Shown in pieces: positions 35,389 through 44,512 of a stretch of DNA of 64,000 nucleotides. The notes under the pieces were generated by a model. The model was not told the origin of the DNA. It made no database searches and saw nothing but the letters and a program-made list of their open reading frames with translations. The stretch is from Candidatus Shapirobacteria bacterium (GTDB lineage Bacteria > Patescibacteriota > Microgenomatia > UBA12405). The translations under genes and the position numbers were made by a program. The DNA is taken from the NCBI GenBank assembly GCA_017991615.1, contig JAGOQF010000001.1, positions 53,019 through 117,018 of the forward strand, read 5' to 3'. The first letter of the stretch is position 1; each line of letters opens with the position of its first letter.

Positions 35389-36210
35389 TTATCTTTTGGC
35401 TCCAGTTAAAAGGATAACTGGGAAGTCTCCAACAGAAAAATTATTCTGGAGAGCTTTTTTATAGGCGGCAAAGGCGAGAGCTCCCTCAAGAGAGGTAGTA
35501 ATTCCAGAACGGCAAAAATAGTCATCGGCAGAAATTATGGCTTTGTTTTGGATAGTAAAGGAGTGGCCGTTAAATTTTTTGATAGTTTGAATAATTTGAT
35601 TTTTATGGGGTAAAAACTTGGCGGATAAAGCATCGGTGATAAGTCTGGTTTCGGGGGTAAAATTGGTATCAAAAATACGGCTGATAGGTGAATTAGCAAC
35701 TGATTGACAACCAAAAAGATGGACATAGGGTGGCAGTTTTTGGGAAATTCCCAAAAGGGTGGTGCCGCTGCCGATAGGGACAAAAAGACTGCTAATTTGA
35801 GGTAATTGCTTGGTAAGCTCAATAGCTATTTGTTGGTAACCGATTTGAGCTATTGGATCGGTGGATTGTCTAAGGAGATAACTGGAGTTATTTTTAGAGA
35901 ACTTAACAGCATCACTGATGGGTTGAGGGGAAATAATAATTTCGACTTCGTATTTTTTGAGAAGATTGAGTTTATTAGGGTTTATTTTTGGTGATAAGAA
36001 GATAATTAGTTTGATCTGGTGTTGGCGACAAAAATGAGCTGCAGAAATAGCGGCGTTGCCAGTGCTAGAGATAACGGCTTGCTGATAGCCTTGTTTTTTG
36101 AGATTTTTGATTTGGAGAGGAATAGCTCTGTCTTTGGCAGAACCGGTTAAATTTTGGTCTTCGCGTTTGAGGTAGAGATTATCTAGTTTGACTAAGGGAG
36201 TATTTGCCAT
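35389..36210 (-). CDS. Fold-type II PLP-dependent enzyme (cysteine synthase / threonine synthase / SbnA-like)
   Basis: PLP-lysine motif KREDQNLTGSAKDR, glycine loop GSGTTLLG. Start set at MANTPLV. Confidence 0.7.
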   Translation of the reverse strand: MANTPLVKLDNLYLKREDQNLTGSAKDRAIPLQIKNLKKQGYQQAVISSTGNAAISAAHFCRQHQIKLIIFLSPKINPNKLNLLKKYEVEIIISPQPISDAVKFSKNNSSYLLRQSTDPIAQIGYQQIAIELTKQLPQISSLFVPIGSGTTLLGISQKLPPYVHLFGCQSVANSPISRIFDTNFTPETRLITDALSAKFLPHKNQIIQTIKKFNGHSFTIQNKAIISADDYFCRSGITTSLEGALAFAAYKKALQNNFSVGDFPVILLTGAKR

Positions 36211-36243
36211 ATAATGTTGCCTAGACTTTATTATATATTTTTT

Positions 36244-36414
36244 ATGTTTATGACACAAATGAATAAAATTATTTGTCCTGATTGTGAGGCAGAAATTAAA
36301 CAACCGGAGAGGTTGATGATTGGTGATATTTTGGAATGTAGTGAGTGTGGCACTGAAGTGGAAATATTATCTTTAGAACCGCTTCAATATAGAGAATTAA
36401 TTGAGGAGAAGTAA
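36244..36414 (+). CDS. LysW-like zinc-ribbon protein (amino-group carrier protein homolog)
   Basis: CPDCEAEIKQPERLMIGDILECSECGTEVEILSLEPLQ matches the LysW pattern CP.CG.E......G..V.C..CG.E.EV..L.PL, but the C-terminus ends EEK rather than EDWGE. Confidence 0.55.
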   Translation: MFMTQMNKIICPDCEAEIKQPERLMIGDILECSECGTEVEILSLEPLQYRELIEEK

Positions 36415-36966
36415 ACGATAGATTCCTTGATTGTCGAAAGTGGGGTCGGTGATGTCAAACTGACCGTAATGAACTCCCCTACCCCAAAAGGAACTGTCAA
36501 CATAACTGATGTTTTTGCCGGTTTTTTCGATGATAAATAAGAGATGACGGCCGTTTTTTTGACGGACAAGGTCGCCGGTTTGGATTTGGTTGTAATCTGT
36601 AATTTTTATAGATAAAGGGGCGGAGGTAAGCATATCAGCTGAAGTTCGTCGGGGGTTAAGATTGATTTTTTTACCTAAAATATGGCCATAGAATATGAGT
36701 AATTGGCTGGCTAGTCCGGAACAGTCAATACCAATTTTGTGTTTTTTTTGAAATTGATAAAGTTGTTTTGGGGTTAGTTTTTTTAAATTTAAGTTTTGTG
36801 AGGCGGCTATTTTTTTGGTTTCTTTTTTGATGTCTTTCCAGTGACCTTTGCCGCCAAGGACTCGTTCTTTGATAATTTTGCCGTTGCGGATGATGTTGGT
36901 CATATAAGGTAGGCCAATATAATTATCAATTTCTTGTTTTAGTTTTTTTAGTTTAGGCCCAACCAT
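36397..36966 (-). CDS. NlpC/P60 family cysteine peptidase (gamma-glutamyl / cell-wall peptidase-like)
   Basis: Catalytic Cys motif IGIDCSGLASQLL with downstream His (GRHLLFI). Confidence 0.6.
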   Translation of the reverse strand: MVGPKLKKLKQEIDNYIGLPYMTNIIRNGKIIKERVLGGKGHWKDIKKETKKIAASQNLNLKKLTPKQLYQFQKKHKIGIDCSGLASQLLIFYGHILGKKINLNPRRTSADMLTSAPLSIKITDYNQIQTGDLVRQKNGRHLLFIIEKTGKNISYVDSSFWGRGVHYGQFDITDPTFDNQGIYRLLLLN

Positions 36967-37982
36967 AGTCCAAAAATAGCGAGAATAATTCCGGCTAACC
37001 AGGCTCGGGTAACAATTTTAGGTTCTTCCCAACCCATACTTTGGAGAGTTAGATGGATTGGGGCGGCGGGAAAGATTTTCTTTTTAAAATATTTTTTACT
37101 AATCATTTGGGCAGCACTACTAATTCCTTCAATAATAAAGGGAGAACCAACAATAATTAAAGGAACTATTTTGCCAAGCATGAGGGCAATAACAGCAAAG
37201 GTGGCTCCAAAGGAAAGAGCACCGACATCACCTAGCCAAATTCTGGCTGGATAAACATTGAAGTAAAGAAAAGCGATAAGAGAGCCGATCCAGAGGGTGA
37301 GAAAAATAGAAATAGGAGTATCCATGGAAGTGTTAGATAAAATCCAGAAAGCAAATAAGGCAATCATTAATAAGCCGCAAGAAAGGCCATCAAGACCATC
37401 GGTAATATTAAAGAAATTAGCAAAACCAGTAATAATAATAGTAGAGATGGGGATAAAAAACCAATTTAACCTGATGGCACCAATAATAGGGATGTAAATA
37501 AAATCAATTTTAAGTTGAAAGTATATTGCTAAAGAAATGATTAGTGATAGAAATATTTGGAGGAAAAATTTATGTTTCATTCTCAAACCAAAAAATCCGG
37601 TTTGTTTGAAACCAAAAAATTTATAAACGTCGTCGTATAGACCGAGTAATCCAAAGCTGATGAAGGTAAAAAATATAATTGAAACTTCACTGGCAATTTG
37701 GTAATTTGAGGAAATAAAAATTTTGGAAAATTTAATGATGGGAAATAGAACAAAAAAGAGAGTGGTAACGGTGACGATGATTAAGACTCCCCCACCGACG
37801 GGAGTGCCTGTTTTACTATTATGAAACTTGTCAAAAATTGGAGTTTTTTTGTTAAGAAAATCGGTAGTCTGTTGCTTTTGGCGTTGAAATTTGAGTTTGT
37901 AAAGAATGTTAATAAAAGGAATAACCAAAATACTGGTAATTAAAAAAGAAAACAACAGCAGTCCTAAGTATAAATGAATCAT
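36948..37982 (-). CDS. mraY: Phospho-N-acetylmuramoyl-pentapeptide transferase
   Basis: Polytopic; NVYPARIWLGDVGALSFGATFAVIAL. Confidence 0.85.
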   Translation of the reverse strand: MIHLYLGLLLFSFLITSILVIPFINILYKLKFQRQKQQTTDFLNKKTPIFDKFHNSKTGTPVGGGVLIIVTVTTLFFVLFPIIKFSKIFISSNYQIASEVSIIFFTFISFGLLGLYDDVYKFFGFKQTGFFGLRMKHKFFLQIFLSLIISLAIYFQLKIDFIYIPIIGAIRLNWFFIPISTIIITGFANFFNITDGLDGLSCGLLMIALFAFWILSNTSMDTPISIFLTLWIGSLIAFLYFNVYPARIWLGDVGALSFGATFAVIALMLGKIVPLIIVGSPFIIEGISSAAQMISKKYFKKKIFPAAPIHLTLQSMGWEEPKIVTRAWLAGIILAIFGLWLGLN

Positions 37983-37984
37983 AT

Positions 37985-39313
37985 TTAAGTTTTTATATAT
38001 TCTATGTTAGCACCCAAAGAGTAAAGTCTTTCAGCCAGTTTTTCGTAGCCACGTTCAATATATTCGACTCCATCAATAATGGAAGTGCCTTCGGCGGTAA
38101 GAGCGGCTAGAGTGGTTGAGGCGCCGGCGCGGAGATCATTGATAATAAAATTGGCTGGTTTTAATTTGGTGGGGCCATAAATTTTGACTCCGTGAAAATA
38201 TTCTGGCTTATCATTTTCAGGGTTAAATTGGTAATAAGTTTCGGGATTGTCAACTTTGGGATTAAAAAATTTGGCCTTAACACCCATTTTTTTAAGATTT
38301 TCGATATGTTGGAAACGGTATGGGTAAACTCTTTCGATAACGGTGCTACAACCGACAGTTTGAGTGAGGAGAACCGAAAATATGGCTTGCCAATCGGTCA
38401 TAAATCCGGGTTCTGGTCCAGTTTCGATATTGATATTTTTTAAAGGTTTAATCCAGGAGATAGTAATTTCATCGCGACCAGGAATAATTTTGGCACCCAT
38501 AGTTTCAATAGTATTTAAAAATGTTTGAACAATTTCTGGATTGCTACGAAGAATATTGATTGAGCCTTTGGTAGCCAAGGCAGCACAGGCAAAAGTAACA
38601 ATTTCGTTTCTGTCGGCAATAATTTGATGGTTGGTGCCCTTAAGTTGTCGGACACCGTTGATAACAATTCTTTTGGGATCCTTGAGGTCGCGGTGGATAT
38701 TGGCACCCATATTGTTAAGCATCAATATAAGATCATCAATTTCGGGTTCTTGAGCTGAATTATCAAGAATAGTTTCACCGTGAGCAAAAGCGGCGGTCAT
38801 AATGACGGTTTCGGTAACAGTGTGACTGGGTTTGTTAAAAACATAATGAACAGCTTTGATTTTGTCGGTATTAAAAGTGATATTGGTATCAGTAACTTCG
38901 GTTTTTATACCCATTTTGTTGAAACAATCAAAAAGACGATCCAGAGGTCTGGCGCCAAGTTTGTCACCTCCCGGAGTAGGCACAATAGCTTGACCGGTTC
39001 TAACTAAAAGTGGGGCAGAAAACATAAATGAGGTTCGGGATTTTTCGCCGGTGCCAGCAGGAACAATTGAACTGGTGATTTTGGGAGTAGTGATTTCCAA
39101 ACAGTGTTCGCCATAATAATTAATAGTCGAACCAATACTTTTAGCAATACTTTCGGTTATTTTTATGTCAGAAATTTTAGGAACATTAGTCAGTTGAGTT
39201 GTTTGAGGACTAAGGATGGAGGCAATAATTTGTTTATAACTAGCGTTTTTGGCACCGCGAATAGAAACTTCGCCGTTTAGTTCTTTACCACCAGTAACTA
39301 TATATCTAGACAT
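37985..39313 (-). CDS. murA: UDP-N-acetylglucosamine 1-carboxyvinyltransferase
   Basis: GEVSIRGAKNASYK N-terminal signature, ~440 aa EPT fold. Confidence 0.8.
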   Translation of the reverse strand: MSRYIVTGGKELNGEVSIRGAKNASYKQIIASILSPQTTQLTNVPKISDIKITESIAKSIGSTINYYGEHCLEITTPKITSSIVPAGTGEKSRTSFMFSAPLLVRTGQAIVPTPGGDKLGARPLDRLFDCFNKMGIKTEVTDTNITFNTDKIKAVHYVFNKPSHTVTETVIMTAAFAHGETILDNSAQEPEIDDLILMLNNMGANIHRDLKDPKRIVINGVRQLKGTNHQIIADRNEIVTFACAALATKGSINILRSNPEIVQTFLNTIETMGAKIIPGRDEITISWIKPLKNINIETGPEPGFMTDWQAIFSVLLTQTVGCSTVIERVYPYRFQHIENLKKMGVKAKFFNPKVDNPETYYQFNPENDKPEYFHGVKIYGPTKLKPANFIINDLRAGASTTLAALTAEGTSIIDGVEYIERGYEKLAERLYSLGANIEYIKT

Positions 39314-39316
39314 ATT

Positions 39317-40714
39317 TTATTTAAATAAATTAATAATTGATTTAAAGATTCGGTTGCCTTCAAGTCCCCCAGAACTCATGTAGATTAAAATATCATTTGA
39401 CGTTAGGCTATGTTTATAATACTGTATAATTTGGGTTTTAAGTGGAAGATAGATTAGTTTTGGACCGAGACAGTCACGAAAATCTTTAGCAGTATTTCTA
39501 TTTTTTTTATCGATATTGCGGTTAAATTTGAGTTGAGTTAGAACCACTTCGGTGGCTAAATCAAAAGCATGTTTGAGTTCATTAAGACTGCTTTTGTATT
39601 GACAAAAAGAGGCGTGAGCTTGGTAGAGAACTTTTATTTTCCTTTTGGGATAATGTTGTCTAATGGCTTCTAAGGTTGATTTGATACGGTTGGCTGATTG
39701 GGCAAAATCATCAAAAAAGAGAATATTTTTAAGTTTGGCGATTAATTCGAGGCGACGTTTAATTCCACGATAAGAGAAAATAAATTTGGAGATAGTTTTA
39801 GAACTAACATTAAGGTAGTCACTGAGAGCAACAGCGGCTAAAATATTTTCAAAATTAAACTGACCAATAAGGGTAGTATTGACTTTAATAATACCAGATG
39901 GGGTACGGATAATGAGGGTGGTGAAATTTTTTTGAGGGATTATTTTTTCTAAAAAATAATCTGATTTGGGAGTGTTGTAAGTGATGATTTTGGCCGGTGA
40001 GTAATGACTAAGTTTTGAGGCAGATTGACTTTGTTGGTTGATTAACAAGACTCCGTTTGAGGGTAGATTTTGGACAAGTTTTTTGTAGGCTTGAAAATTT
40101 GATGAGGCGGAGGAGTAGGAATCTTTGTGTTCCCAGTCAGCGCTGGTAATAAGGAGATATTTGACCGGATAGTAAAGAAATTTGGCATGTTTGTCTAGTC
40201 CGTGGATAGATTCGTCGCCTTCAACTATTGACCAAGTAGATGTTGATATTTTAATGGGATTAAATTTATTTTTAGGACTACCACCAAACATATAACTTGG
40301 TTTAAATTTGGTGTGACGAAAAATCCAGGCTAGAAGACTAGTGATAGTAGTTTTGCCAAAACTACCAGCGACAACAATAGAGTTGGATTTGACGATGTTT
40401 TTGGCGATATACTTAGTGGCGGATAGGTAGGGAATTTTTTGTTGTTTGATTTGTTTAAATTCTTCTTTGGTGTTTTCAAACAAATCATAAGATGAGCCGA
40501 TAATAGCTTGATCAATTTGATGATTAATGTCGGTAATGTTGATTTTTATGCCAGCTTTTTTGAGAGTAGTACTGATGGGAGGAAAAATTTTGGGTTGGTC
40601 GGAACCAGTGACTTTGGCACCGGCTTGTTTGAGAGCAATAGCAAGATTGGCAGTCATGGTGCCGGCAATTCCCAGAATGTGAATATGGAGATTAGATAAA
40701 GGTTGATTTGTCAT
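39317..40714 (-). CDS. murC: UDP-N-acetylmuramate--L-alanine ligase
   Basis: HIHILGIAGTMTANLAIALKQAGAKVTGSD (MurC N-domain) and P-loop GSFGKTTITSLL. Confidence 0.75.
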   Translation of the reverse strand: MTNQPLSNLHIHILGIAGTMTANLAIALKQAGAKVTGSDQPKIFPPISTTLKKAGIKINITDINHQIDQAIIGSSYDLFENTKEEFKQIKQQKIPYLSATKYIAKNIVKSNSIVVAGSFGKTTITSLLAWIFRHTKFKPSYMFGGSPKNKFNPIKISTSTWSIVEGDESIHGLDKHAKFLYYPVKYLLITSADWEHKDSYSSASSNFQAYKKLVQNLPSNGVLLINQQSQSASKLSHYSPAKIITYNTPKSDYFLEKIIPQKNFTTLIIRTPSGIIKVNTTLIGQFNFENILAAVALSDYLNVSSKTISKFIFSYRGIKRRLELIAKLKNILFFDDFAQSANRIKSTLEAIRQHYPKRKIKVLYQAHASFCQYKSSLNELKHAFDLATEVVLTQLKFNRNIDKKNRNTAKDFRDCLGPKLIYLPLKTQIIQYYKHSLTSNDILIYMSSGGLEGNRIFKSIINLFK

Positions 40715-41408
40715 ATTTTAACCATTGATGATTATAAAAGTGTTCAAATCCGGGCATATTTCTTTTGTAATAACCGGTTGATAAAGAGAATCGACCTAGA
40801 TAGCAATAATCTAAATTTAGGTCATAACTATCAATGATAGTCTGTAAAACCAATCTTATAGGGAGATTACCATGATTATAGTTAGGGTGATAAAAGACAT
40901 AAGCGATATGGCTGATTTGATCAGAAAAATAGCAAATTGAATAAGCGACGATGTTATTTTGCTCATCTTTCCATATATATAGATAATTAAAAATATGTTT
41001 ATTAAAAATGGTTTTAACAGAATTTATAGGAAAATCCCAACCCAATTGTTTAATCCAAGAAGAGATTTGTTTTTGGGTATCGGGAGTAAGTTTAAATTCA
41101 TTTAAAGAAATTTTTTGGTAAGTAAAATGCTGAGTTTTACTGAGAATGCGGCGGTTTTCGGAATTGAGTTGAAATGATTGTTTTAGGTTGGAGCGGCAAC
41201 TAGTGTCGGAATACCAAAAACCGGCTTGATTTCTTTGGGGTAGGAGCCCTTGGGAGTAATTAATTTCAGGAGATTGATTGTTTTTGAGATTATATTGAGG
41301 CATCAGCTTGGCGTAATTTAAAGGCAGTTCTGAAAGCTTCGGCTTCAGACCAAGGATATTCAGTATTGCCGTCAAGAATGGTAGTTTCATGACCTTTACC
41401 CATAGCAA
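40692..41408 (-). CDS. ATE/Bpt-like aminoacyl-tRNA--protein transferase homolog. Its real start may be an internal Met near 41303.
   Basis: C-terminal DYCYLGRFSLSTGYYKRNMPGFEHFYNHQWL resembles the ATE_C consensus (YLGY....YK..F.P.E....W). N-domain has a Cys-containing segment. ~238 aa fits Bpt. Confidence 0.45.
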   Translation of the reverse strand: MLWVKVMKLPFLTAILNILGLKPKLSELPLNYAKLMPQYNLKNNQSPEINYSQGLLPQRNQAGFWYSDTSCRSNLKQSFQLNSENRRILSKTQHFTYQKISLNEFKLTPDTQKQISSWIKQLGWDFPINSVKTIFNKHIFNYLYIWKDEQNNIVAYSICYFSDQISHIAYVFYHPNYNHGNLPIRLVLQTIIDSYDLNLDYCYLGRFSLSTGYYKRNMPGFEHFYNHQWLKYDKSTFI

Positions 41409-42675
41409 TGATAATATCTTTGGCTTGAGCTAAACTGACAGCTAAATTGAAAGCGTCTTGGCGATTAGGAATGTTGAAATAAATAAATTTATTTTTATTA
41501 TTTCTGATGGTTTTTTTAATTTCAGAGAGTGGTTGGTTATGATCAATTAAAATTGAATCATTGGAGATACCACTAATGATTTGTTGATTAATCTGGTTAA
41601 TATTTTCGTTGCGGGTATCATCGGCGGTAATAAAAGCGATGTCGGCTAGTTGAGAAACAATATTACCCATAATAGGACGTTTGGTTTGATCTCGGCCGCC
41701 AGTAGCACCGAAAATGGTTAAGATTCGGTTTTGTCCGATTTTACGGAGAGAAGAAAGGGTATTTTTGATGGCATTTGGAGTGTGAGCAAAATCAATTAGT
41801 GCTAGAATATCTAATTGATTGCTGACTTCTTCACGTCGACCTTTGGTATCAGGGAAGTTTTTGATAGTTTCTAGGGCATATTTAGGATTAATTTTGAGTT
41901 GTTCGATAACAGCGATGGCGGCTAGAATATTATAAGTCTGGTAGTAATAAGGACTATTAGTTTTTATTTTGAGATTATTAAGATTGAAGCTAAGTGAATT
42001 TTTATTTAATTTAATTTTTTTGGCCTGATAATCTGATGGTTGTTTAATACTGTAAGTTATTATTGATTTGCTAACCAAACTATTTTTAATAGTTTGATAA
42101 GAGTCGTCATCGCGATTGAGAATAGAGATCTTTGATTGGGAAAAGATGAGACTTTTGGTTTTAATATAACGATTCATATCATGGAAATAATCTAAGTGTT
42201 CGTGAGAAGTATTAGTGATAACAGAAACTTCAAAATTACAACCGTAGTAACGAAATTGGTCAAGAGCATGGGCAGTAACTTCACAGACAACATGAGTAAC
42301 GCCAGCATCAACCATTTTTTTGAAGATCTTTTGAATGACTGAGGGATCAGGACTGGTTATATGAAGACCGGTGTCAATTTCTTCATTGCCATATTTAGCA
42401 CCGATGGTGGTAATAACACCGGCATTAATGCCTGATTTTTTGAGGATTTCATAAAGTAGAATTGAAGTAGTGGTTTTGCCATCAGTGCCGGTAACGCCAA
42501 TTAAAGTTAGTTTTTTGGAAGGCCAATGATAGTAGTAATTGTAAAAAATACTTTTAGAAAGATGAAAGAGGCGGTTTTTGATTTTTTGCCACATTTTGAA
42601 TGATTTAATTATAACAAACCGTTGATTTTTGAGACCATTTTGAACCAAATTGGGGCGGCGGTGTTTGAACCCCAT
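41290..42675 (-). CDS. murE: Mur ligase, most likely UDP-MurNAc-tripeptide synthetase MurE (short N-domain)
   Basis: P-loop GVTGTDGKTTT, C-terminal GKGHE motif. Follows ftsI in the dcw order. Confidence 0.65.
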   Translation of the reverse strand: MGFKHRRPNLVQNGLKNQRFVIIKSFKMWQKIKNRLFHLSKSIFYNYYYHWPSKKLTLIGVTGTDGKTTTSILLYEILKKSGINAGVITTIGAKYGNEEIDTGLHITSPDPSVIQKIFKKMVDAGVTHVVCEVTAHALDQFRYYGCNFEVSVITNTSHEHLDYFHDMNRYIKTKSLIFSQSKISILNRDDDSYQTIKNSLVSKSIITYSIKQPSDYQAKKIKLNKNSLSFNLNNLKIKTNSPYYYQTYNILAAIAVIEQLKINPKYALETIKNFPDTKGRREEVSNQLDILALIDFAHTPNAIKNTLSSLRKIGQNRILTIFGATGGRDQTKRPIMGNIVSQLADIAFITADDTRNENINQINQQIISGISNDSILIDHNQPLSEIKKTIRNNKNKFIYFNIPNRQDAFNLAVSLAQAKDIIIAMGKGHETTILDGNTEYPWSEAEAFRTAFKLRQADASI

Positions 42676-44258
42676 GATGATGATTTAGGATTGTTGATGG
42701 TGACCATCATAGTAAATTTTGGTTGAGAACAAGGCCAAAATCCGATATAAGATCCGATAGTGGCTGAATCGGTATATCCGCCTTTAATGGCTACTTGGGC
42801 GGTACCGCTTTTAGCACAAACTTCAAGATTTTTAGGTTTAAAAATGGAGACGGCGCCGGTGTCAACGGCATATTTTAAGATAGATTTGATTTCAGAAACA
42901 GACTCGTGTTTAAAAACACGAGATTCTTTTTTACCCTTGACAGGGTAAGAGCGATTTAATTGGTCAGAAAAAGATTGAGCAACTTTAGGATTGACTAAAA
43001 TACCATCATTGGCAATGGTATTGAAAGCCTGAAGCATGCCGATTTGAGTGACAACAATCCCCTGCCCGAATGAAGCTGTGGCTAAATCAATTTCAGGCCA
43101 ATTGTTTTTGACAGCAGCTTTGACTTCGCCTTGAAGGTCAATACCGGTTTTTTGGTTTAAACCTAAACGTTGGTAGTATTTGAGGAAATTATTTAAACCT
43201 AATTCTCGGATAATATGGCTCATACCGATGTTATCGGAATTTTTGATAATATCTTTTAAGGTTGATTCAGGGTGAGTGGATTTATCCCAATTATTGATGG
43301 TGTACTGACCAATGGTTAATGGTTGAGAACATTGGTGACAAATATAGTCTGGGGTGATTGATTTTTGATCTAAGGCCATGGTAACAACTATGGGTTTAAA
43401 GATAGATCCAGGTTCAAATAGGTCAGATATGGCTGGGTTTCTGGAAGCGCTAGGAGTGGCAATGGTATCGGCGGTTTGACTGGTCATGGCTACGATTTGA
43501 CCGGTTTTGGTTTCCATAACGATGATTGAGCCAGAATCAGCTTGGTATTGACTGATACCGTGAGCTAATTCTGTTTCGGCTTGGTACTGAATATAGCGAT
43601 TGATAGAGGTGAGAATAGTGTGACCATCGATTGATGGGGAACTCCAACTTTTTTTAGTAAGGATAGTTTTACCGACAGCGTCTTGGGGTGACCAAGTAAA
43701 TCCGGTTCGGCCGGTGAGTTGTTTGTTGTAATAAGCTTCAAGACCACCATAGCCAGTTTGGTAACCGTAATGATCGTTGGCAACAAAGCCGAGCATGTCA
43801 GCAGCTAACTTGTTTTCAGGATAATATCGGGAACTATATTTTTTAAAAGTGAGTCCATTGATGTTTTGAAGTTGATCTTTTTCAGATTCAGAAAAATCAG
43901 TGGTAAGATCAAGCCATTTTTGGTTGGGATTAGTTTTGAAATTATTAAGGTGAGGATTTTGATTAATAAATTCGGGATGAACAGAATCAATTTTGTTTAA
44001 AATATCATCGATATTTTCAGTCATATTTGGCTTATATATAGAGAGTCGATAACTAGTTTGATTGAGAACCAGAGGGAAATTGTCAGAGGCCAAAATTTGG
44101 CCTCGAGAAGGGTTTTTGATTTCAAGTTTGTAAGTTTGACTAAGAGCTTTTTCTTTTAACTCTGGACTTTTGATGACTTGCCAATAAAAAAGTCTGCCAG
44201 TGACAGCTAGAAAAGAAAAGATAAATGAAAATAATAAAATGCGATAGCGATGGATCAT
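42609..44258 (-). CDS. ftsI: Penicillin-binding protein transpeptidase (FtsI / PBP3-like)
   Basis: N-terminal TM anchor, SxxK (GSIFKP), KSGTA motif. Confidence 0.85.
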   Translation of the reverse strand: MIHRYRILLFSFIFSFLAVTGRLFYWQVIKSPELKEKALSQTYKLEIKNPSRGQILASDNFPLVLNQTSYRLSIYKPNMTENIDDILNKIDSVHPEFINQNPHLNNFKTNPNQKWLDLTTDFSESEKDQLQNINGLTFKKYSSRYYPENKLAADMLGFVANDHYGYQTGYGGLEAYYNKQLTGRTGFTWSPQDAVGKTILTKKSWSSPSIDGHTILTSINRYIQYQAETELAHGISQYQADSGSIIVMETKTGQIVAMTSQTADTIATPSASRNPAISDLFEPGSIFKPIVVTMALDQKSITPDYICHQCSQPLTIGQYTINNWDKSTHPESTLKDIIKNSDNIGMSHIIRELGLNNFLKYYQRLGLNQKTGIDLQGEVKAAVKNNWPEIDLATASFGQGIVVTQIGMLQAFNTIANDGILVNPKVAQSFSDQLNRSYPVKGKKESRVFKHESVSEIKSILKYAVDTGAVSIFKPKNLEVCAKSGTAQVAIKGGYTDSATIGSYIGFWPCSQPKFTMMVTINNPKSSSWGSNTAAPIWFKMVSKINGLL

Positions 44259-44512
44259 TAAAAACTAATTTTAATAGATTTGGTAATTGGTTTGAGGTTG
44301 GCTGAAGGAGTGCTTTCAGTAAGAAATTTGATAGAAGTAAGATCGGCAACTTTTTTCCAGGCCGACTCAACTTCCAGTTGAAGTTGATCGGCTTCTTTTT
44401 GGTAAAGATCAAGTTGATTGTTTTGGGTAACGATACTGCTGGAATAAAAAAAAGAAAAAATAATTTGAATAAGGAGACTGATGATAATTATGCCGGTAAA
44501 TATTTTGGACAT
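44258..44512 (-). CDS. ftsL: FtsL-like small membrane protein
   Basis: 84 aa, N-terminal TM helix followed by a coiled-coil. Sits between rsmH and ftsI. Confidence 0.4.
   Translation of the reverse strand: MSKIFTGIIIISLLIQIIFSFFYSSSIVTQNNQLDLYQKEADQLQLEVESAWKKVADLTSIKFLTESTPSANLKPITKSIKISF

Noticed and set aside
36244-36414. LysW-like ORF as part of a genuine alpha-aminoadipate lysine biosynthesis operon
   Set aside because: No lysZ/lysY/lysJ/lysK homologs are adjacent. The C-terminus lacks the EDWGE tail. The neighbouring ATP-grasp is not RimK/LysX-like in its C-terminal motif. The fold is similar but the pathway is probably different.
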